Shown: piece after piece, positions 12,287-24,231 of the stretch
Numbering within the stretch: the stretch's first letter is position 1
Layout of the letters: every line of letters starts with the position of its first letter
NCBI GenBank assembly: GCA_035515515.1
Contig: DATJBC010000108.1
Location: 1 to 63,732 of the forward strand
Origin: Acidimicrobiales bacterium
GTDB lineage: Bacteria; Actinomycetota; Acidimicrobiia; Acidimicrobiales; UBA8190
Length of the DNA: 63,732 bases
Direction: 5' to 3'
Made by a program: the position numbers and the translations under genes
The notes under the pieces: generated by a model
The model's database searches: none
What the model was told of the DNA's origin: nothing
The model's input: only the letters and a program-made list of their open reading frames with translations

Positions 12287-13813
12287 GTGAGCGCCGCCGA
12301 GCAGCTCGTGGCCGGCCGCTACCGGGTCGGCGCCCTGCTCGGCCAGGGCGGCATGGCCGACGTGTACCGGGCCACCGACACCGTCACGGGCACGGAGGTG
12401 GCGGTGAAGCTGGTGCGCTCGGCCGATCCCGACCTGGCGCGCCGGCTGGCGCTCGAGGCCAAGGCGCTGGCCCGCCTCGAGCATCCCGGCCTGGTGCGGC
12501 TCCTCGACGCCGGCGTGCACGGCCAGCAGGCCTTCCTGGTGATGGAGCTCGTCGACGGGCCCACGCTGTCGGCCCGCCTGCGGCGCGGCGCGCTGTCGCC
12601 GGAGCGCACGGCCGTGCTCGGCCGCACGCTGGCCGGCGCGCTCGCCTTCGTCCACACCCAGGGCATCGTGCACCGCGACGTCAAGCCCGCCAACGTCCTG
12701 CTCGGCCCGGGGCCGCGCGCCCGGCTGGCCGACTTCGGCATCGCCCGCCTGGCCGACGCGGCGTCGCTCACCGTCACCGGCACGACCTTGGGGACGGCCG
12801 GCTACATGGCCCCCGAGCAACTCGAGCACCACGCCGTGGGGCCCGCCGCCGACGTGTGGTCGCTCGGCATCATCCTGCTCGAGTGCCTGACGGGCGAGCG
12901 CCTCTTCGAAGGCACGCCCACCGAGGTGGTGGCGCGCCGCCTGGCCGGGCCCGTGCCCCTGCCCCATGACCTCCCGGCGACGTGGCGCCTGTTGTTCGAG
13001 GGCATGCTCGACCCCGACCCCGACCACCGCCCCGACGCCACGCAGGTGGCCGGGCTGCTCAGCGCGGCCCCCTTCTCCGAGCCCTGGGTGCGGGAGCCGC
13101 CCGACACCCGGACCCTGGCGCCGCCCACGTTGCTGGTCGCCACCCCCGGCGACGGCGCCCGCGCCACCGAGGGCCCCGGCACCCTGGTGGCACCGGCCAT
13201 GGCGCCGCCCGCCCCCGGGCCCCCCACGGGGGCGCCCCCGCCGCGGGCGGCCCCCGACCGGGGCCGCACCCGCCGGCGCTGGATGTGGGCCATCGGCGCC
13301 CTGGCCGTGCTCGTGGCGGCGGGGCTCACGGCGCTGGCGCTCTCCTCGGGCAACCCCCCCAAGCGCACCGTCAACGGCACGCACTCGACGACGACCACCG
13401 TGGCACCCACCACCACCAGCTCGACGACCACCACCGCGCCCGCCACGACCACGACCGCGCTGACGGCCCCGTCGGCGGCCAACACGCTGGAGAGCGACCT
13501 CAATACGGGCGTGTCCAACGGCACGGTGTCGTCGAACACGGCCAGCAAGATCGAGAACGACGTGACCCAGGCGCTGTCGGCCTCGTCGGAGGGGAACCAG
13601 GACCAGGTCGCCCAGGCCATCAACGACATGAAGCAGACGATCGCCAACGACGTGGGCGACGGCGCCATGCCCCCGTCGGAGGGCTCGACGCTCCTGCACG
13701 ACGTCTCCGCGCTGGCCCAGGTCCTGGGCGTGACGTCCACCACCACGTCGACGGGGCCCACCGGCCCGACGGGCAACAGCGGGCCGGGCAACGGCCGAGG
13801 CGGAGGCCGCTGA
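12287..13813 (+). CDS. Transmembrane Ser/Thr protein kinase with an uncharacterised extracellular domain
   Basis: GTG 12287. Contains GQGGMADVY, AVK, HRDVKPANVLL, DFG, GTAGYMAPE, a TM helix WMWAIGALAVLVAAGLTALAL and a Thr-rich linker. No PASTA repeats are recognisable. Confidence 0.9.
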   Translation: MSAAEQLVAGRYRVGALLGQGGMADVYRATDTVTGTEVAVKLVRSADPDLARRLALEAKALARLEHPGLVRLLDAGVHGQQAFLVMELVDGPTLSARLRRGALSPERTAVLGRTLAGALAFVHTQGIVHRDVKPANVLLGPGPRARLADFGIARLADAASLTVTGTTLGTAGYMAPEQLEHHAVGPAADVWSLGIILLECLTGERLFEGTPTEVVARRLAGPVPLPHDLPATWRLLFEGMLDPDPDHRPDATQVAGLLSAAPFSEPWVREPPDTRTLAPPTLLVATPGDGARATEGPGTLVAPAMAPPAPGPPTGAPPPRAAPDRGRTRRRWMWAIGALAVLVAAGLTALALSSGNPPKRTVNGTHSTTTTVAPTTTSSTTTTAPATTTTALTAPSAANTLESDLNTGVSNGTVSSNTASKIENDVTQALSASSEGNQDQVAQAINDMKQTIANDVGDGAMPPSEGSTLLHDVSALAQVLGVTSTTTSTGPTGPTGNSGPGNGRGGGR

Positions 13814-13831
13814 GCGGCCACCCGCGGCGCG

Positions 13832-14716
13832 TCAGGCGTCGAGCCGCACCTCCACCGTGCGCTGCTCGGCGCCCCGCACCACCGCCACGGCCACCTCGGC
13901 GCCGGCGCCGGCACGCTCGAGGGCGTCGGCGAGCTCGTCCACGGTCGTCACCGGCGTACCGGCCACCGCCACGATGAGGTCCCCCTGCTCGATCCCGGAC
14001 CGGCCGGCGGGACCGCCGTCCTCCACGGCGTGGACGAGCAGCCCGTCGAGCGCCGGGAGCCCGACCGAGCGCCGCAGGCGCCGGGCCACGTTGGGCGGGG
14101 CCAGGGCGACCCCGAGCCGGGGCCGGCGCGGGGCCTGTCCCTCGGCGAGGGCCTCCACGCGCGCCGCCAGCTCGGCGCCCGCCGCCACGGCGAGGTAGAA
14201 GCCCTCGCCGGCGCGGTGGGTGTCGATGCCCAGGACGCGCCCCTCGAGGTCGACGAGCGGGCCCCCCGACGACCCCCGGGCCAGCGGCGCGCTGTGCTCG
14301 ATGGCCCCGCGCAGGCGCCGCCCGCCGGGGCCCCGGAAGGCGACGTCGAGGGCGGACACGATCCCCGCGCTGACCCGCACCCCGCGGCCGCCGGGGTTGG
14401 CCAGGGCCAGGACGGCCTCCCCCATGCGGGGGGACCCTCCGGCCAGGGCCAGCGCCGGGGCGGCCCCGGTGTCCACCGCCACCACCGCCAGGTCCCCGTC
14501 GGCGTCCACCCCGGCGGCGGAGCCCTCGGCCCGGCGCCCGTCGGGGAAGGTCACCACCACGTCGCTCCCCCGCAGGTTGTGGGCGTTGGTGAGCACCCGG
14601 CCGCTGCCCACGACCACCCCGCTCCCGCCGGCGCCGACACCCACCACCGAGGGCGCCACCGCCGCGGTCACCTCGGCCATCGCCCCCGACAGCTGCTCCG
14701 ACACGGTCGCCGCCAT
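13832..14716 (-). CDS. Trypsin-like (S1C/HtrA-like) serine protease with a C-terminal PDZ domain
   Basis: ATG 14716 preceded by GGGAGG. Contains TNAHNL (His), DGDLAVV (Asp), GSSGGPLV (Ser) and PDZ-like GDLIVAVAGTPV. Confidence 0.85.
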   Translation of the reverse strand: MAATVSEQLSGAMAEVTAAVAPSVVGVGAGGSGVVVGSGRVLTNAHNLRGSDVVVTFPDGRRAEGSAAGVDADGDLAVVAVDTGAAPALALAGGSPRMGEAVLALANPGGRGVRVSAGIVSALDVAFRGPGGRRLRGAIEHSAPLARGSSGGPLVDLEGRVLGIDTHRAGEGFYLAVAAGAELAARVEALAEGQAPRRPRLGVALAPPNVARRLRRSVGLPALDGLLVHAVEDGGPAGRSGIEQGDLIVAVAGTPVTTVDELADALERAGAGAEVAVAVVRGAEQRTVEVRLDA

Positions 14717-14727
14717 CGCCACCTCCC

Positions 14728-14754
14728 TAGTAACTTGCAACTTGCAAGGTACTA
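14728..14754. promoter_or_regulatory. 27-bp imperfect palindrome, candidate HxlR operator in a divergent promoter region
   Basis: TAGTAACTTGCAACTTGCAAGGTACTA: 12 of 13 arm positions are self-complementary, with two TTGCAA hexamers. It is the most AT-rich spot in this part of the window and lies between divergent starts at 14716 and 14820/14844. Confidence 0.45.
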
Positions 14755-14819
14755 TAGGCCGGGATGCGAGCCGGTGGGAAGCGCCCGGGCCGAAAGGGCC
14801 TCGTGCCAGGATCGGCGTC

Positions 14820-15230
14820 GTGACGAGCGGCCTCGAAGCGGCCATGGCCGCCGTGGGCGACCGCTGGAGCCTGGTGGTGGTCGACGCCCTCCTCGACGGG
14901 CCCCGCCGGTTCTCCGAGCTCCAGCAGGCGATCCCCCGGGTGGCGCCCAACGTGCTGAGCGCCCGCCTGCGCCGGCTCGAGGACGGCGGGATCGTGGTCG
15001 GCGTCCGCTACTCGGACCGGCCGCCGCGCCTGGAGTACCGGGTCACCGAGGCCGGCCGCGAGCTGGCCGGGGCGCTGCGCCTGCTCAGCCGGTGGGGGGC
15101 GCGCGAGGTGGCCGGGGACGTGGAGGGTCCGCACCACCGCACCTGCGGGACGGCGCTCGAGGCCCGGTGGTTCTGCCCCACCTGCGCGCGCGTCACCGAC
15201 CGCGTCGACGACGACGTCACCTGGGTGTGA
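14820..15230 (+). CDS. HxlR-family winged-helix transcriptional regulator with a Cys-containing C-terminal tail
   Basis: Contains GDRWSLVVVDALLDGPRRFSELQQAIPRVAPNVLSARLRRLEDGGIV...YRVTEAG. The start is GTG 14820 or ATG 14844. The tail is HHRTCGTALEARWFCPTC. Confidence 0.85.
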   Translation: MTSGLEAAMAAVGDRWSLVVVDALLDGPRRFSELQQAIPRVAPNVLSARLRRLEDGGIVVGVRYSDRPPRLEYRVTEAGRELAGALRLLSRWGAREVAGDVEGPHHRTCGTALEARWFCPTCARVTDRVDDDVTWV

Positions 15231-15933
15231 GGCGCCCCACCATCTCGACGAAGCGGCCCAGCACCCGCCGGCCCGCCGCCTCGACCTCCGCCCGGCCCTC
15301 CTCGAGGTCGACCCCGGGGGGCAGCTCCGGCCGCCAGGCCTGCGCGATGGCCTGGTCCACCTCGAGGTGGAACTGCAGCCCGTAGACGGCACGGCCGTAG
15401 CGGAAGGCCTGGTTCTCGTAGCGGTCGCTCGTGGCCAGGCGCACGGCGCCGGCGGGGATGGCGAAGGTGTCGCCGTGCCAGTGCACGGCGGGCAGGCGCG
15501 CCCCGTGGCCGCCGAGCACGGGGTCGGCGCGGCCCTCCGCGGTGAGCTCGACCTCGCCCACGCCGATCTCGGGGGCGGGCCCCGTCGTCACCTCGGCCCC
15601 CAGGGCGGCGGCGAGGAGCTGCGCGCCCAGGCAGATGCCGAGCACGGGCACGCCGGCCTCCACGGCGCCCGCGATCCAGGTGCGCTCGGGGCCGAGCCAC
15701 GGGTAGCGGTCGGTGTCGTGGACACCCATGGCGCCCCCCATGACCACCACGGCGCCGGCCGTCGGGGGCGGGGGGAGATGGCCCGCCTCGTCGAGGCGCA
15801 CGACGGCGAGGTCGTGGCCGGCGCCGGTGATCAGCTCGGCGAGCAGGCCCGGGCCCTCGTGGGGGGCGTGCTGGAGCACGAGCCACGGCCCGGGGGCCGC
15901 GGCCCCGGCACTCCCCCCCGGCACGGGCCCCAC
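15217..15933 (-). CDS. Class I glutamine amidotransferase-like protein
   Basis: Contains VLGICLGAQLLAAALG (nucleophile elbow) and LQFHLE (His-Glu). Confidence 0.8.
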   Translation of the reverse strand: MGPVPGGSAGAAAPGPWLVLQHAPHEGPGLLAELITGAGHDLAVVRLDEAGHLPPPPTAGAVVVMGGAMGVHDTDRYPWLGPERTWIAGAVEAGVPVLGICLGAQLLAAALGAEVTTGPAPEIGVGEVELTAEGRADPVLGGHGARLPAVHWHGDTFAIPAGAVRLATSDRYENQAFRYGRAVYGLQFHLEVDQAIAQAWRPELPPGVDLEEGRAEVEAAGRRVLGRFVEMVGRLTPR

Positions 15934-15938
15934 CCCGC

Positions 15939-16688
15939 TCAGGGTGTGGGGACGACCTGGAACACCTCGGCCAGGCGCCCCTCACCGAACCCCGCGGCGC
16001 GCGCCCCGGCCGAGGCCCACCCCCGGAGGCGCTCGTCCAGCCACTCCCCCTCGCCCACCTGGCTGCGGTGGCAGCGCAGGGCGGCGATCTTGCGGTCGAA
16101 GGTGTCGGTGATGTCCACGACGCGGTCGGCGCGCGGCGACGCCATGATCCACATCTCGGGGACGGTGTGGGGCTCGAGCCCCTCGTCCTGGAGCAGCTCG
16201 GGATGGGCGAAGGGGTTGCGGGCGTCGGGGTAGACCGACGCCACGACGGCCTCGCCCGCCGCCAGGTGGTCCGGGTGGCTGGCGCCGATGCGGTCCCACA
16301 GCCGCTCGGGCGACTGGCACACCACCCGGTCGGGACGCAGGCGGCGGATCTGGCGGCTGATGTCGCGCCGCAGCTCGATGCTGGGCAGGAGCCGTCCGTC
16401 GGGGTAGCCGAGGAAGGTGACGTCGGTCACGCCCACCTCGGCGGCGGCGGCACGCTGCTCGGTCTGGCGCAGCGCCGCCATCTCCGCCCGGCTCACGGAG
16501 CGGTCCGACCCGCCGGCGTCGCCGTCGGTCACGATGCAGTAGCTCACGTCGACGCCGGACTTCACCCACTGGGCCACCGAGCCGGCCACGCCGAAGTCGA
16601 CGTCGTCGGGGTGCGCGGTCACCACCAGGATGCGCGCCACGCCGGCGGCGTCGTCGACCTCGAGCGCGGGAGGGGTCTCGTCGGGCAT
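15939..16688 (-). CDS. PIG-L/LmbE-family N-acetylglucosaminyl deacetylase
   Basis: Contains VVTAHPDDVDFG, TDGDAGG, HPDHLAAG and ALRCHRSQ. Confidence 0.85.
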   Translation of the reverse strand: MPDETPPALEVDDAAGVARILVVTAHPDDVDFGVAGSVAQWVKSGVDVSYCIVTDGDAGGSDRSVSRAEMAALRQTEQRAAAAEVGVTDVTFLGYPDGRLLPSIELRRDISRQIRRLRPDRVVCQSPERLWDRIGASHPDHLAAGEAVVASVYPDARNPFAHPELLQDEGLEPHTVPEMWIMASPRADRVVDITDTFDRKIAALRCHRSQVGEGEWLDERLRGWASAGARAAGFGEGRLAEVFQVVPTP

Positions 16689-16772
16689 GCAGGCGATCCT
16701 ACCGGCGGGCTCTTCGAGCCCGGTCCGCGCACGGCCGGCCGCCCCGAAGACCTCGGGCCTCGCCCGCAGCCG

Positions 16773-18812
16773 CTAGGTCGGGCGCGACGCCTTGTGCTTG
16801 GCCGGGGCCCGGCGCGGGGGCGAGACGACCGCCCTGGCGAGCTCGGTGACGGGGTGCTCGACGCCGGTGATGATGCGCTCCACGTCGGAGCCGTCCAGGG
16901 ACTCCCGGGTCGACAGCGCCCCCGCCAGCGCGTCGAGGGCCGCCCGGTGCTCGGTGAGCACCTGGCGGGCCCGGGCGGACTGCGCGTTGAGGATGCTCGA
17001 CACCTCCTCGTCGATGATGCGGGCGGTCTCGTCGGAGTAGTCACGGGTGTGGATGAGGTCCTCCCCGAGGAAGACGGGCCCGCGCGAGCCCCAGGCCATC
17101 TGCCCGATCGCCTCGGACATGCCCCACTCGCGGACCATGCGCCCGGCCAGCTCGGTGGCACTGGTCAAGTCGTCCTGGGCGCCGGTGGAGGGGACGCCGA
17201 AGACCAGCTCCTCGGCGGCGCGCCCCCCGAGGCGGACCGCCAGGAGGTCGTCGAGATAGGGACGCTGCTGGAGCTGGTGCTCCTGCTCGGGCAGCTGCTG
17301 GGTGGCGCCCAGCGCCATCCCGATGGGGATGATCGTGACCTTGTGCACGGGGTCGGCGTGGGGCAGCAGCGCGGCCAGCAGGGCGTGGCCTGATTCGTGG
17401 TAGGCGACGATCCGCTTCTCCTCGGGGCTGAGCACGAGCGACGTACGCGTGAGCCCCAGCAGGACGCGGTCGTGGGCGGCCTCCACGTCGACCTCGGAGA
17501 TCTCGGTGCTGCCCCGGCGCACGGCGGTGAGCGCCGCCTCGTTCATCAGGTTCTCGAGGTCGGCGCCGCTCATGCCCGGCGTGCGCCGCGCCAGGGTGTC
17601 GAGCTTGACGTCGGGCCCCACTCGCTTGCCCTTGGAGTGCACCTGCAAGATGGCCAGGCGCTCTTCGAGCGTGGGGAGCGGCACCACGACCTGGCGGTCG
17701 AACCGCCCGGCGCGCAGCAGCGCCGGGTCGAGCACGTCGGGCCGGTTGGTGGCCGCCATCACGATGATCCCCTCGGCCGGCTCGAACCCGTCCATCTCCG
17801 CCAGGATCTGGTTCAGGGTCTGCTCGCGCTCGTCGTGGCCGCCGCCGAGCCCGGTCCCGCGCTTGCGGCCGATGGCGTCGATCTCGTCCACGAAGATGAT
17901 CGACGGCTTGCGCTGCCGGGCCTGGTCGAAGAGATCGCGCACCCGTGCGGCCCCCACCCCGACGAACATCTCCATGAACTCGGACCCGGTGATGGTGATG
18001 AAGGGCACGCCGGCCTCCCCGGCGATCGCCCGTGCGAAGAGCGTCTTGCCCGTGCCGGGCGGCCCCACCAAGAGCACGCCCTTCGGGATCCGCGCTCCGA
18101 TCCCGGTGAAGCGGGCGGGGTCCTTCAAGAAGTCGACCAGCTCGGAGATCTCCTGCTTGACGCCGGCGTACCCGGCGATGTCAGCGAAGGTCGTGGTCGG
18201 GTTGTCGATGACGTGGACCTTGGCGCGGCTCTTCGACCAGTTGGTGACGCCCGCCATCTGGCTCCGTGTCCGGCGCGAGATCCACACCCAGAAGAGGACC
18301 ATCAGCCCGATCAGGATCCCCCACGTGATGATCGTGGGCCAGATCGTGGAGGACGCCGCCACGTAGTTGCGGGCGACGTGATGGGCGTTCACGAGGTTGA
18401 TGTCGGCTCCCGGCATGCCGCCCGGCGGCCCCTGGGACGTGAAGGACTGGCCGCCGCGCAACACGCCGTCGATCACACCGCTGCTCTGGCTGATGGAGAT
18501 GCTCTTGACGCCGTCGTGCGCCACCTTGGAGAGGAAGGTGGAGTAGGAGATCGACTCCGGCGCCGGCGTCGTCGGGCGGGAGAGCACCACGAGCGCGGCG
18601 ATGAACGCCACGGCCACGAGCAACCACACGAGGGTGCGGGCGGTGCTGGGCCGACGGGGTTCGGCGGGGTGCTCGGGGGAGGCGCCGCCCTCGGGGACGT
18701 TCCATCGGGCCTGGCGACCGGGGGGAAGGATCGTCAGGGAGATCCAGCCGCGGATCCCCCCCGGCTTGCGTTGCGGCCGGTCCTCGCCCTCTCCGCGCGT
18801 CTCCTTGGCCAC
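16773..18812 (-). CDS. ftsH: ATP-dependent zinc metalloprotease FtsH
   Basis: Contains GPPGTGKT (Walker A), IIFVDEID (Walker B), the second region of homology, and HESGHAL (HEXXH). GTG start. Confidence 0.95.
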   Translation of the reverse strand: MAKETRGEGEDRPQRKPGGIRGWISLTILPPGRQARWNVPEGGASPEHPAEPRRPSTARTLVWLLVAVAFIAALVVLSRPTTPAPESISYSTFLSKVAHDGVKSISISQSSGVIDGVLRGGQSFTSQGPPGGMPGADINLVNAHHVARNYVAASSTIWPTIITWGILIGLMVLFWVWISRRTRSQMAGVTNWSKSRAKVHVIDNPTTTFADIAGYAGVKQEISELVDFLKDPARFTGIGARIPKGVLLVGPPGTGKTLFARAIAGEAGVPFITITGSEFMEMFVGVGAARVRDLFDQARQRKPSIIFVDEIDAIGRKRGTGLGGGHDEREQTLNQILAEMDGFEPAEGIIVMAATNRPDVLDPALLRAGRFDRQVVVPLPTLEERLAILQVHSKGKRVGPDVKLDTLARRTPGMSGADLENLMNEAALTAVRRGSTEISEVDVEAAHDRVLLGLTRTSLVLSPEEKRIVAYHESGHALLAALLPHADPVHKVTIIPIGMALGATQQLPEQEHQLQQRPYLDDLLAVRLGGRAAEELVFGVPSTGAQDDLTSATELAGRMVREWGMSEAIGQMAWGSRGPVFLGEDLIHTRDYSDETARIIDEEVSSILNAQSARARQVLTEHRAALDALAGALSTRESLDGSDVERIITGVEHPVTELARAVVSPPRRAPAKHKASRPT

Positions 18813-19130
18813 ATGTCGATCTCACCACTGCGCCGGGGAACGGAGTAGGGCCTTTCGGCTCGTTTCGCCGGCACGGGTCCCGCCGGGCCGGCTCCACGGC
18901 GCCCTGGCCGACCGGCGCCGGCCAGGGGAACCCAGGGACGCACAGCGGGGGGGGCGGCACCCGCTCCGCTGTGCAGTCCCAGGTAACCCTGGATCGGGTG
19001 ACCGGTTCACGTTGGGGGGCGAGAAACCGGCGACCCACCGGGCACGATACGGTGCGCCGGCCCCGGCGGTAAGGGTCGAAGGTCCCTTTCCCGGGGGGCA
19101 GGCGCACCCAGGGGCGCCGCCGGGTGACGC

Positions 19131-20369
19131 TCAGCGGGGGGCGGCCACGCCCCCGACGGCCAGCGCGTCGAGCGCTCCCGCCAGGCGGGCGCCGACCCCG
19201 GCGGCGAACACCCGCCACAGCGCGGGGTCCGACCCCAGGGAATCGGCCTCGTCCCACAGCGCCTCTTCGAGGGGCCCGAGCACGGCTCGCACGGCGTCGA
19301 GCGCCGACGCGTCGGCCTCGGCGGCACGGCTCACCGCCGCCAGGCGGCGGGCCAGCCCCTCCTCCGCCAGCGCGTCGGGCACGAGCGCGCCGTGGCTGGG
19401 CGTCGGGGGCAAGGCGGGGACGAAGACCGACGCGCAGGGGTTGCCCAGCGCCACCCACATCCGGCCCCGGAGACCGGTGTCGGCGGGCAGCTCGACCACC
19501 ATCGAGGCCGTCGTGCACTCGAAGTCGCGCACGTGCATGCACACCGTGACGCCGCTCCCGTCGGCGGCCACCCCCGCCGGCGCAGGCACGACGGGCCCGG
19601 CGTCCCCCGGCGGGCCCCAGGGGCCCGAGCCGTGGTCGCGCAGGTGCGCCACGGCGGCTCGTGCCGCCTGCGCCCCGCGCCGGCCCGACACCGCCGGCCG
19701 GACGCCTGCGACGAAGGCCCGGCTCGCCGCCAGGCGCCCGTCGGCGAACCCCGTCGGCGTGGCGGGGTCGCGCCAGGCGTCGAAGTCGGCTCCTGCGGGG
19801 ACGTCGTGGGACGCCTTGGTCCAGTCGCGCCGCAGGGTGAGGCGGTTGGAGATGGCGTCGCCCCCGGCCACCGGACGCGCCGCCCAGGTGCGACCCGAGG
19901 TCTCGAGCACCCACGCGGCGCCCGGGTCGGCGACGAGGAACGACGACCAGTAGGCGAGGCCGTGGACCTGGTCGCCCACGCCGCCCTGGCCGTGGCGCTC
20001 GAGCAGCGTGGTCATGACGCCGAGCGCCTCCTCCGCCGAGCGGGCCCGCTCGAGGCCCAGCCGCACGAGGTCCATGCCGATGAGGGCGGGCGCGGCGGGC
20101 GCCGGGTCGTCGACGGTGTTGACCATCTCGTTGCCGATGGCCACGCCGTGCTCGTTGACGCCGTGCTCCGCCCCCCACAGCCACACCGGCTGCGACAGCA
20201 CCGTGGCCGCGGCGGGTTCGTCGGCGATGTCGAGGTACTGGGTGTGCAAGGCCTCGCGCGGGGCACGCCGCGGCAGGGAGCGGACGACCTGGGGCTCGGT
20301 GACGGGACGGTCCGAGTTCTTGGCGAACAGGGTGACGCCGTCACCCAGGACACAGAGGGTGTCGCACAC
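19131..20369 (-). CDS. C69-family (Ntn, N-terminal Cys) dipeptidase/secernin-like hydrolase
   Basis: Starts MCDTLCVLGDGVTLFAKNSDRP, with the nucleophile Cys2 characteristic of peptidase C69/U34. Confidence 0.8.
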   Translation of the reverse strand: MCDTLCVLGDGVTLFAKNSDRPVTEPQVVRSLPRRAPREALHTQYLDIADEPAAATVLSQPVWLWGAEHGVNEHGVAIGNEMVNTVDDPAPAAPALIGMDLVRLGLERARSAEEALGVMTTLLERHGQGGVGDQVHGLAYWSSFLVADPGAAWVLETSGRTWAARPVAGGDAISNRLTLRRDWTKASHDVPAGADFDAWRDPATPTGFADGRLAASRAFVAGVRPAVSGRRGAQAARAAVAHLRDHGSGPWGPPGDAGPVVPAPAGVAADGSGVTVCMHVRDFECTTASMVVELPADTGLRGRMWVALGNPCASVFVPALPPTPSHGALVPDALAEEGLARRLAAVSRAAEADASALDAVRAVLGPLEEALWDEADSLGSDPALWRVFAAGVGARLAGALDALAVGGVAAPR

Positions 20370-20409
20370 GGGCCCGGCGCCGCTGGCGCTCAGGTTCCGG
20401 CGACGCCGG

Positions 20410-21648
20410 TCAGGCGGCGCCCTCGTCGGGCTGCCACCCGGCGAGGTCCACCAGGCGCGGGTCGTTGGAGAAGATCTCGATGATGGGCGCCCGCAACCCG
20501 AGCCGCTTCTGGATCCGCTCGACGTCGAGGATCTCGTTCCACAGCACCAGCGTGGCCACCACCCCCGACCCCCCGGCGCGCGCCGTGCGCCCCGAGCGGT
20601 GGAGGTAGGCCTTGTGGTCCTCCGGCGGGTCGTAGTGCACGACCACGTCGACGTCGTCGATGTCGAGGCCCCGAGCCGCCACGTCGGTGGCCACCAGGAC
20701 CGGGAGGCGGCCCGAGGTGAAGTCCTCCAGTGCCTTCTCCCGGCTCGACTGCCGCAGGTCGCCGTGGATGGCTGCGGCGCGCACGCGCTCCCGGCCGAGC
20801 TGCTGCACGAGGCGGTCGGCGCCGCGCTTGGTACGCACGAACACCAGGGCCTTGGTGGCCCCCCCGCAGATGGCCGCCAGCACCTTCACCTTGTCCATCT
20901 GGTGCACCTGCAGGAAGCGGTGCTCCATGGACTCCACGGTGGGCACCGCCGACGCCACCTCGTGTCGCACGGGGTCGTGCAGGTGGCGCCGGACGACGCG
21001 GTCGACGTCCCCGTCCAAGGTGGCCGAGAAGAGCATGGTCTGGTGGCGGCCCTCCACGCGCCGCAGCACCCACTCGACCTGGGGCAGGAACCCCATGTCG
21101 GCCATGCGGTCGGCTTCGTCGAGCACCACGACCTCGAGGTCGGCCACCGACACCGCGCCGCGGTCGGTGAGGTCGATGAGCCGGCCCGGGGTGGCGATGA
21201 CCACGTCCACACCGCGACGGAGCTTCTTGATCTGGCGCTCGATGTCGGCCCCCCCGTACACCACCACCACGCGCCGGTGCGCGGCGTCGCCGAGGGGCTT
21301 CATGACCTCCGAGACCTGCACGGCCAGCTCGCGGGTGGGCACGAGCACCAGCGCCCGGGGCCGCGACGGGCCGCCCTCCCCCACCCGCATGAGCAGCGGC
21401 AGCCCGAAGGCGAGGGTCTTGCCTGACCCCGTCTTGGCCTTGCCGCACACGTCTCGCCCGGCGATCCCGTCGGGGATCGTCAGCGCCTGCACGGGGAAGG
21501 GGGCGGTGATGCCCTGGGAGGACAGCACCGCGACCAACCCGGGGGCCACCCCGAGCTGCTCGAAGGTGGCGCTGCGGACGGGCTGGGGGTCGTCGATCGA
21601 GGCGGACTCGTCGTCGAGCACCGCCGGCTCACCGGTGGTCTTCGTCAT
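20410..21648 (-). CDS. DEAD-box ATP-dependent RNA helicase
   Basis: Contains the Q-motif region FPVQ, AKTGSGKT, PTRELA, DEAD, SAT and HRSGRTARAG. Confidence 0.95.
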   Translation of the reverse strand: MTKTTGEPAVLDDESASIDDPQPVRSATFEQLGVAPGLVAVLSSQGITAPFPVQALTIPDGIAGRDVCGKAKTGSGKTLAFGLPLLMRVGEGGPSRPRALVLVPTRELAVQVSEVMKPLGDAAHRRVVVVYGGADIERQIKKLRRGVDVVIATPGRLIDLTDRGAVSVADLEVVVLDEADRMADMGFLPQVEWVLRRVEGRHQTMLFSATLDGDVDRVVRRHLHDPVRHEVASAVPTVESMEHRFLQVHQMDKVKVLAAICGGATKALVFVRTKRGADRLVQQLGRERVRAAAIHGDLRQSSREKALEDFTSGRLPVLVATDVAARGLDIDDVDVVVHYDPPEDHKAYLHRSGRTARAGGSGVVATLVLWNEILDVERIQKRLGLRAPIIEIFSNDPRLVDLAGWQPDEGAA

Positions 21649-21856
21649 GTGCGTTCCTGCTCGCTCTTCGGTAGGCGGCCGCCAGTCGACCGCGAGGCGG
21701 GTCCGCCTCGGTGAGTCCGCGGCGGTCGCTCGTCCCGGTGCGACCCTCGAAGAACGGGTGAGGAAGACCCCGTGCGCCCGGCACATGCCGAGGCACGCAC
21801 TCCTCAGTGTAGCAGCGGAGCCTCCCGACCAGCGCGTTAGCGCCAGGCGGCCGCCG

Positions 21857-24140
<2,284 letters not shown>

Positions 24141-24231
24141 GACGACCTCCCCCGGCGCGACGGCCTCCCGGGAGGATAACCCTGGACGTGCGGCAGGGTC
24201 CCGCCGTCACGCGAGGACGGCGCTGGTGGCG

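Noticed and set aside
15217-15230. Two convergent gene pairs each overlap by exactly 14 nt: HxlR/GATase at 15217-15230, and dGTPase-like/Mrp at 54675-54688.
   Set aside because: This is probably coincidence. Tail-to-tail overlaps are common in compact high-GC genomes, and the two overlapping sequences share no motif.
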